64,000 bases of DNA from Macrostomum lignano (Eukaryota), in NCBI GenBank assembly GCA_002269645.1, contig NIVC01001776.1:337990-401989 (forward strand). The letters are read 5' to 3'. Below the pieces are notes generated by a model that did no database searches, was not told the origin of the DNA, and was given only the letters and a program-made list of their open reading frames with translations. Positions 57,265-64,000 of the stretch are shown here, in pieces (the first letter of the stretch is position 1; every line of letters starts with the position of its first letter). A program made the position numbers and the translations under genes.

Positions 57265-58251
57265 ATGGACACAGATAACGACCGCTTATATTTTATAGGA
57301 GAAATTGTAGATACTTTAGATCTAGATGATAATAAAAATAGCCACACAATGTTAAAAAGATTGGATCGTTTAGGTAAAAAACTTGACTACGATATCGATA
57401 CATTTAAACTTGCTGCAAAATATGCACAAGAAGGAAGGCCAATATCCTTTAAGAATCATGGCAGAAATTATAGGCTGACAGACTCTGATGTAAAATTTTT
57501 ATTGGAGACTCACACTAAAAAAGACGGTGGGTTGTTACCTATTTTACCAATTCTTTTAGGCCTCGGAGCAGCCGGAGCAGCCGGTTTAGCAGGCAAAAGA
57601 ATTCATGATAACCGAAAACAGTTAGCAGAATTAAAAGCAAAACAAGGGGGGATATTGCCACTAGCAACTTTATTACCAATAATTTTTGCAGGAATAGGAG
57701 CAGCTGGTGGAATAGCAGGTGGCGCAGCTGGAATCACAAAAGCAGTAAATGATAAAAAAGCTGCGGATGAAAAAGCTAAACGAGATGCAGAATTTCAAAG
57801 ACAGCAAATAACACAGGACGCACAATTCAAACAGAAACTTATTGATACCATTAATAGTAGTTCAGCAACAGCAGAGCAAAAAAGAAATGCAGAAGCTAGG
57901 TTAGCAGCCGGAAAAGGTTTACTCTTGCAAGGAACAAATCACGGGAATGGTTTGGTTTTAAAAGGAACAACCCAAGGAAGTGGAGTTGTAGCAGATAAAC
58001 TACATGAATTTGGCCAAACTTTAGAAAAAACGGGTGAGAAAGCTAAAGGATTTTTTGACAATATTGGAGCTAATTTTAGACCAGCTGTTCAGAAAATTTT
58101 TAATAAATTAGGAAAAGATTTTAACATCATTGAAAAACACGACGGAAGCGGATTATATCTCGAAATGAGACCAAAAGCAGGATCAGGAATTTTCTTAAAT
58201 TCAAACGTTATGGGCAATGGATTGCTATTACCAAAAGCAGATCTCGAATAG
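57265..58251 (+). CDS. Adenovirus pX-like Polinton core protein (two GG[L/I]LP motifs)
   Basis: DGGLLPILPILLGLGAAG and QGGILPLATLLPIIFAGIGAAG resemble adenoviral pX GGILPLLIPLIAAAIGA. Repeated GxG-hydrophobic motifs in the C-terminal half. Confidence 0.7.
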   Translation: MDTDNDRLYFIGEIVDTLDLDDNKNSHTMLKRLDRLGKKLDYDIDTFKLAAKYAQEGRPISFKNHGRNYRLTDSDVKFLLETHTKKDGGLLPILPILLGLGAAGAAGLAGKRIHDNRKQLAELKAKQGGILPLATLLPIIFAGIGAAGGIAGGAAGITKAVNDKKAADEKAKRDAEFQRQQITQDAQFKQKLIDTINSSSATAEQKRNAEARLAAGKGLLLQGTNHGNGLVLKGTTQGSGVVADKLHEFGQTLEKTGEKAKGFFDNIGANFRPAVQKIFNKLGKDFNIIEKHDGSGLYLEMRPKAGSGIFLNSNVMGNGLLLPKADLE

Positions 58252-58334
58252 GCTCCTGGGGGGTGGGTCTGGACACCAAAAACGCAAATTAAAAAATCAA
58301 TAATTCAAATACTATATAAATTATATTCTATAAA

Positions 58335-61300
58335 ATGGAAGCAATTTTAGCTCAAATCGACAACCCCGAACTTAGAGCACAATTAATAGCTCAAATCGAA
58401 GCACAACGAATTGCCGATAGGGCTGAAATAGAAGCTAGAATTAGGGCAGAAAATGAGATACGTTTAGAAAGACAATTAAATGATATTGATAACCCCCAAC
58501 CACAAGGACAAAATGGAGCTGAAGTAATATATATAGATATAGATATAAATACAAATTATAAAGAATATTTTAAACAAATGAAAGATAAAATAAAGACCAT
58601 ATTAGATAACTATACTATAAGACCAAATAACAAACGACAGCCAATTAAGTATAAAATAGAAGTTGAAACAGAATTTAAAAAACCAAATATACTTAATGCA
58701 AATTCAGAAATTGAAGTAATAAATAACTTTTCACAAGAATCATATAAGACATTACTATCAATGGGGAATTACAACAATCAATTCGATCAAATAGAAGCTG
58801 AGTTTGATGAATGGATAGATAAGATGACAGAAAACGGATCTGGGTTTATATTTGTTTCATGTAATTCAGCAACAGTAAAGATTGTTCCTATTGAAATTCT
58901 TAAAGGGCGATCACACATGACACCATTATTTAAATCACATATGATTATAAATCCAGACAATAAAGATAATAAATGTTTATTATGGTGTTTATTAATTCAT
59001 AAATATCACAAACAAGTAGAATCCCACACTAATAAAATATATAATTATAAACAATATGAGGATGAAATAATAATGAAAAACATCACATACCCAGTAGCAA
59101 TAGATGATATATATAAGATTGAAAAAATGAATGGTTTAAATATTAATGTGTTTACAATTGAAGAACCAGGAGATCTAGAAGTAATTCTAGCCGACCCAGA
59201 ATGGTATAAGAAAAGGTGTTATCTTGTTAAGCCAGCAACTGATATAACAGCACCAGATCAAATCGACCTTTTGTACATACAGCGTGAAAATGAAACACAT
59301 TATATATACATAAAGGACATTAGTTCCTTTTTAAGAGAAAATAGAAATAGATATCCACTATGTAGAAATTGTTTCACATTTAAAAAGGATGAAAAAGCTC
59401 TTAAAAATCATCAACGATTTTGTTTAGATCATAAATTTACTAATGTTGTACTGCCAGCATCTGAAGATGCAACCCTAAAGTTCCAACAACATTATATGGC
59501 AATTAAAAAACCAATAGTAATATATGCTGATTTTGAAGCAACAAATGTTCCCTTAAAAGAATCACAGACGGTATCTGATGATGGAGAATGCACAAAAAAA
59601 TTAGCACAACAGTTTCCGAATAGTTATTGTATATATGTACACTCCGTAGCTGATCATATATTTAAATCAAGGATGATTACTTACCACGGTAAGGATGCAG
59701 CAAAACACATGGCAGAATCATTAGTAAATGCATTTGAATATATTCAAAATCAATATGATAAATTATCAAAAAATATTATTATGACAGATAAGGATAGAGA
59801 CAATTATAAAAATGCAACAAATTGTTTTATGTGCAAAAGAGATTTAAGTGGGAAAAATAAGATACGAGAACATTGTCATCTAACGGGAATTTATCGAGGG
59901 GCAGCATGTAGATCATGTAACGCAAAAGAAGGAAAAGGATGTAAGGAAATACCAGTATTTTTTCATAATGGTTCCGGATATGACTTTCATTTCCTAGTTC
60001 GAGAATTGCTTCATTTAGGTAGGGATGAATATGAATTAAATATATTACCTAAAACATCAGAAAATTACATATCAATAACATATGGTAAGAAATACTCCCA
60101 TCTAGTTTTTCTAGATTCCTTGAGATTCTTATCAACATCTTTAGCAAATGTTGTTTCATCATTAGTTCCAAAACCATGGGATTTAGAAATAGTAAAGAAA
60201 AACTTTACAATACTATTGAATCAATTCAAAAAAGAAAAACTATCCGAGGAAGAACTAATGCTATTAACTCGCAAGGGCATCTACCCATATGAATATGTAA
60301 CATCTGAAGACGTATTTTTTCATACCGAATTACCCCCAATTGAAAAGTTTTATTCAACATTATCACAAACAAACATAAGTGAATCGGATTATGAACACGC
60401 TCAAAAAGTATGGAAATATTTTAATTGTAAAACATTTAAAGATTATCATAATCTATATCTTAAAGCAGATGTTCTCCTTTTAGCTGATGCATTTGAAAAC
60501 TTTAGGAATCATACATATGAGAACTTTAAAATTGATCCCGCTTATTGTTTCAGTGCACCCGGATTAACATGGGCATGTGGTTTGAAATACACAGATGTTG
60601 AGATTGATTTACTAACTGATCATGATATGTTGTTAATGATTGAGAGAGGAATTCGCGGTGGGTTCTCGGGGGTACTAGGAGATAGATATACTAAAGTAAA
60701 TAATAAATATCTACCAAATTAAAATTATAAAAGAAAAATCATCATATGTATTATATCTAGATGCAAACAATTTATATGGTGGTTGTATGAAACAAAAATT
60801 ACCAATAGCTAATTTCAAATTGGAAGATGACCCCGATTATTACAAAAATATTCCCGAAGGAAGGGGCTGTATCGTAGAAGTGGATTTGCAATATACTCGG
60901 GAAGCAAAAGCAAAAACATATAAATATCCTTTAGCTCCAGAGCATTGTTCAGTTAATGAAGATGATTTATCACAAACACAAAAAGATTATCTTAAAGTAG
61001 ATAATGCAAAACATCTAGCAACAAAAAAATTAATATTAAATTTACATGATAAGAAAAACTATGTAGTGCATTATAAGCTTCTACAATTTTATGAAAAGCA
61101 GGGATTAAAAGTGTCTAAAGTACATCGAATAATATCGTTTATTGAGGAAGATTGGTTAGCTAAATATATTGACTTTAATTCAAATCAGAGACAGATGTCA
61201 AAAACTAATTTTGAGAAAGATTATTGGAAATTAATGAATAATGCTTTTTATGGAAAAACGGTTGAAAATATTAGAGATAGAACCCAATTCCATTTAGAAA

Positions 61301-62295
61301 AGGATATTGATAAAGCAAAGAAATATTTCTCAAAACCTAACTTTAAAGATTTTATAAAATTTGATGATAACTTTATGGGCATTCATATGAGAAATAAAAC
61401 AACAAAATTTCTTAAACCAATATTTATTGGAATGGTTGTTTTAGATTATGCAAAGCTAGTAATGTATGAATATTATTATGATGTTATAAATAAAACATGG
61501 CCAGATAACTATCCAATATATGCAGACACCGACAGTTTGGTATTTAAGGTTGAAACACCAGATCGTGCAAAGCACGCGAACCAAGGGTTCGATGTCTATA
61601 AAGATATGGAAAAAATTAAGGATACATTGGACACATCAGACTATCCAGATAACCATCCCTTAAAATCGAATCAAAATAAGAAAGTTGTACTTAAAATGAA
61701 AGATGAATTAAATAGTAAAATCATAACCGAGTTTATAGCAATAAGATCAAAATGCTATGCATTTAAAGTTTTAGGACAGGAGGGAGAGGTAAAAAAAATA
61801 AAAGGGGTATCAAGGGCAGCAGTTAAAAAGATAACATTTGATGATTATAAAAACGTACTTTTAGATTACCTTAATACAATTGAAAATTATCATGCTCCAC
61901 AATATCGATTAAATTCAGATAAGCATCAAATGTTTGTCATCGAGACAGATAAAAAAACATTAAGTCCATTTGATGATAAAAGATATTTAGATGATAAAAT
62001 TAAAACATATCCATATGGTTTAAAAGAAGAGATAAAAAATATGATAAAAGATAAAAAACAAAAAGAAGATATAATAAGCAAATATAATGAATACAAAGCA
62101 GCAATAAATAATTATTATTACGATTGTGATTGTGAATCCGAATGTGAATGTGAATATAATACATTTCTAGAATATGAAAAAGATATAGATAATTATACTG
62201 CAACATTTCCAAAAGAACTTAAAAAATTAAACAAGGAAAAAGTCTTGGATAACTGGAAGAGATTAACAGAAAAACTAATAATGGTAAAAAACTAA
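58335..62295 (+). CDS. Protein-primed family B DNA polymerase (pPolB), split by a frameshift at about 60720
   Basis: YADFEA, HCHLTGIYRGAACRSCN, FFHNGSGYDFH, RKGIYPYEY, YLKADVLLLAD, GIRGG, YLDANNLYG, KLMNNAFYGKT, YADTDS, FIAIRSKCY, KIKGV, LSPFDDKRY. Confidence 0.95.
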
Positions 62296-62679
62296 AGCAT
62301 GTAATTGTTTAAGCATAATATCCATTTCAATTTCATATTTTATTGAGCACCAATTGTCCTCACAGTCGGTGGGGTAACTTAAACATTCTTTTACTTTTTT
62401 CCTAAGTACTTTTATTCGTCTAACCAACCTATCTATTTCGATTTCAATTACTGTTTCAGCATAAGCAATTGCAGATTTAATAAAACGTTTTCTTTTATCT
62501 ATCTCATATCGGATGGGAAACATATCATCGTGCCACTGGCACGCGGACTCCGTCCGATCCCCATAATCACTATAAAACATTTTATTTAATTTTTTATTAA
62601 TATCATTAAGTTCACGCTCTTTAGTGATAAGGATTTTTATCGTATCATCGATACGCGTGTTTTGCACGATCGTCTCCAT
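62275..62679 (-). CDS. Hypothetical Polinton protein (coiled-coil-like)
   Basis: 134-aa ORF with an A-rich start context, tightly packed between neighbours. Confidence 0.6.
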   Translation of the reverse strand: METIVQNTRIDDTIKILITKERELNDINKKLNKMFYSDYGDRTESACQWHDDMFPIRYEIDKRKRFIKSAIAYAETVIEIEIDRLVRRIKVLRKKVKECLSYPTDCEDNWCSIKYEIEMDIMLKQLHALVFYHY

Positions 62680-62694
62680 TTTCTTATAAAAAAT

Positions 62695-63027
62695 TTAGTC
62701 TTCGGAGTCATCCTCCCAAACAGCCGCCAATTTTACAGTCCTGTCACTCTTTTTATTATTTGTTTGTTTTAGTTTAAATTGTAACCCACCCTCCATACTG
62801 TATTTCATAACAAACGCTTTAGGTTTATTAATAACTAAAACTGGAAAATTTTTAACATCATTCCCACTTAGACATAGTATTGTTTGTCCATCTAATTGTA
62901 AAAATATCGATTGAAGTCCAATAAATTTAACCTGTCTTAAACATATAATATTATATTCTTTATTCTCCAACATATTGGGTGTGAGATAATTAATTACATT
63001 AGAATCGGTTTTGAACGAGCTCTCCAT
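62695..63027 (-). CDS. Hypothetical Polinton protein with acidic C-terminus (WEDDSED)
   Basis: Likely start MESSFK at 63027. An acidic tail is common in ssDNA-binding proteins (inference). Confidence 0.55.
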   Translation of the reverse strand: MESSFKTDSNVINYLTPNMLENKEYNIICLRQVKFIGLQSIFLQLDGQTILCLSGNDVKNFPVLVINKPKAFVMKYSMEGGLQFKLKQTNNKKSDRTVKLAAVWEDDSED

Positions 63028-63052
63028 TTTTAATCTAAAAAATAACAAAAAA

Positions 63053-63565
63053 ATGAAAGACATTTATGATTGTAATAAATGTAACGTGACTATGCACAGA
63101 GCTCAAACAGCAAACGGAGATATATATCATATGTGTTATTCATGTTCTAAAATATATCAATTTGAAAAAACAAAAAAGATTGAAAACTCATATTACTATT
63201 TTAAAAACACAATTTTAAGAAATCTTACAAGAGACATTTCTAATCCAATTTTAATTCCAGGAAATAATGTTTATTTATATAATAACTTTTTCCATTTAAA
63301 TAAAGGAAAGGGATTAAGTTCGAAAGACTCTGAAAGGATTTTAATTTTAGTTGGATATTATTTTAATTTTCTTATTCGGGAGAATACAAAGTTTATAAGG
63401 ATAGGTAACATACCTAACGAAATGTTATTGAAAAAGTCATTGGAATTTTTATGTATTGATAAAAAATTTAAACCTAGGATCAGAAGAGAGTTACCACTTT
63501 GGGAAGAATATATAACATATGCATTAAATAAATTAAACAACATTAAGTTCTACAGTACTACCTGA
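63053..63565 (+). CDS. Hypothetical Polinton protein with N-terminal CxxC...CxxC zinc ribbon
   Basis: MKDIYDCNKC...HMCYSC; likely start at 63053. Confidence 0.55.
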   Translation: MKDIYDCNKCNVTMHRAQTANGDIYHMCYSCSKIYQFEKTKKIENSYYYFKNTILRNLTRDISNPILIPGNNVYLYNNFFHLNKGKGLSSKDSERILILVGYYFNFLIRENTKFIRIGNIPNEMLLKKSLEFLCIDKKFKPRIRRELPLWEEYITYALNKLNNIKFYSTT

Positions 63566-64000
63566 CCGCGGGCTTTGTACACCAGTACCTGTAGTTTCAG
63601 GTTCGTAAATACCTAATGTATCTATAGGTGGAGCTTTGGGTTTGTCCAAACGTAATTCTTTTAATTCTATATCGGTAAAAGTTTCAACATCTAAAATTCT
63701 ATTTCTATCTTTTAAATATTTTTCATATAACTCAACCGCAGTTGATAATTCATGAATCGTTATCTCTCCATCATCCAATATTTTTTGCACATATAAATAT
63801 AACTGATTTTTATATTGTTTAGCAATATCTCTTAATGATTTATATTTTTCCTTTCTTTTTTTAAGATATAATTTAATTGCTAAAAGTATTGATAAGTTTC
63901 TGATTAATTCAAAACCTGATATTGAGCCAATTGAAATACCTAAAAATAATTGAGATAAATTAAGAGTTGGAATAGATTGTAAAATACCTAAAACGATTAC
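63533..64000 (-). CDS. Polinton/adintovirus conserved transmembrane protein (gasderminX-like), 5'-incomplete
   Basis: Open to the window edge: hydrophobic VIVLGILQS...LFLGISIGSISG, then KKRKEKYKSLRDIAK...KILDDGEITIHEL...LYEKY, resembling the conserved Maverick TM protein pattern. Confidence 0.6.
   Translation of the reverse strand, partial: VIVLGILQSIPTLNLSQLFLGISIGSISGFELIRNLSILLAIKLYLKKRKEKYKSLRDIAKQYKNQLYLYVQKILDDGEITIHELSTAVELYEKYLKDRNRILDVETFTDIELKELRLDKPKAPPIDTLGIYEPETTGTGVQSPRSGSTVELNVV

Larger units (their letters stand above)
56294..64000. mobile_element. Polinton/Maverick (adintovirus-like) endogenous element, left part
   Basis: Starts AGTAGTAG (typical Polinton terminus). Abrupt shift to AT-rich, intronless, densely packed ORFs. 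Encodes a protein-primed PolB and pX-like proteins. Confidence 0.92.

Overview
Intron-rich invertebrate-type eukaryotic DNA. A flatworm such as Macrostomum is my guess from style only and cannot be confirmed here. The window opens with exon 1 of an isochorismatase-domain gene and several decayed transposons. From 8.0 to 56.3 kb, hand splicing reveals a tandem cluster of five paralogous multi-exon type I membrane receptors (A-E). Each has a signal peptide, a galactose-binding/discoidin-like N-terminal domain, 3-4 divergent Ig-like domains each split over two exons (phase 1-0-1), and, in A-D, one TM helix and a Tyr-motif tail. A, B and C splice into fully open frames of 702, 723 and 741 aa. D has an 11-nt deletion. 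E is a pseudogene broken by a Polinton/Maverick (adintovirus-like) element that runs from 56294 off the window end. A second receptor family (CUB-like + C-type lectin + TM) is interleaved. Exons 2-3 are near-identical across otherwise very divergent paralogs, and gene B is an A/C chimera. Introns carry many minisatellites, SINEs, MITEs and a fold-back piggyBac remnant. All gene models were spliced by eye and domain names come from motif recognition, not database searches.
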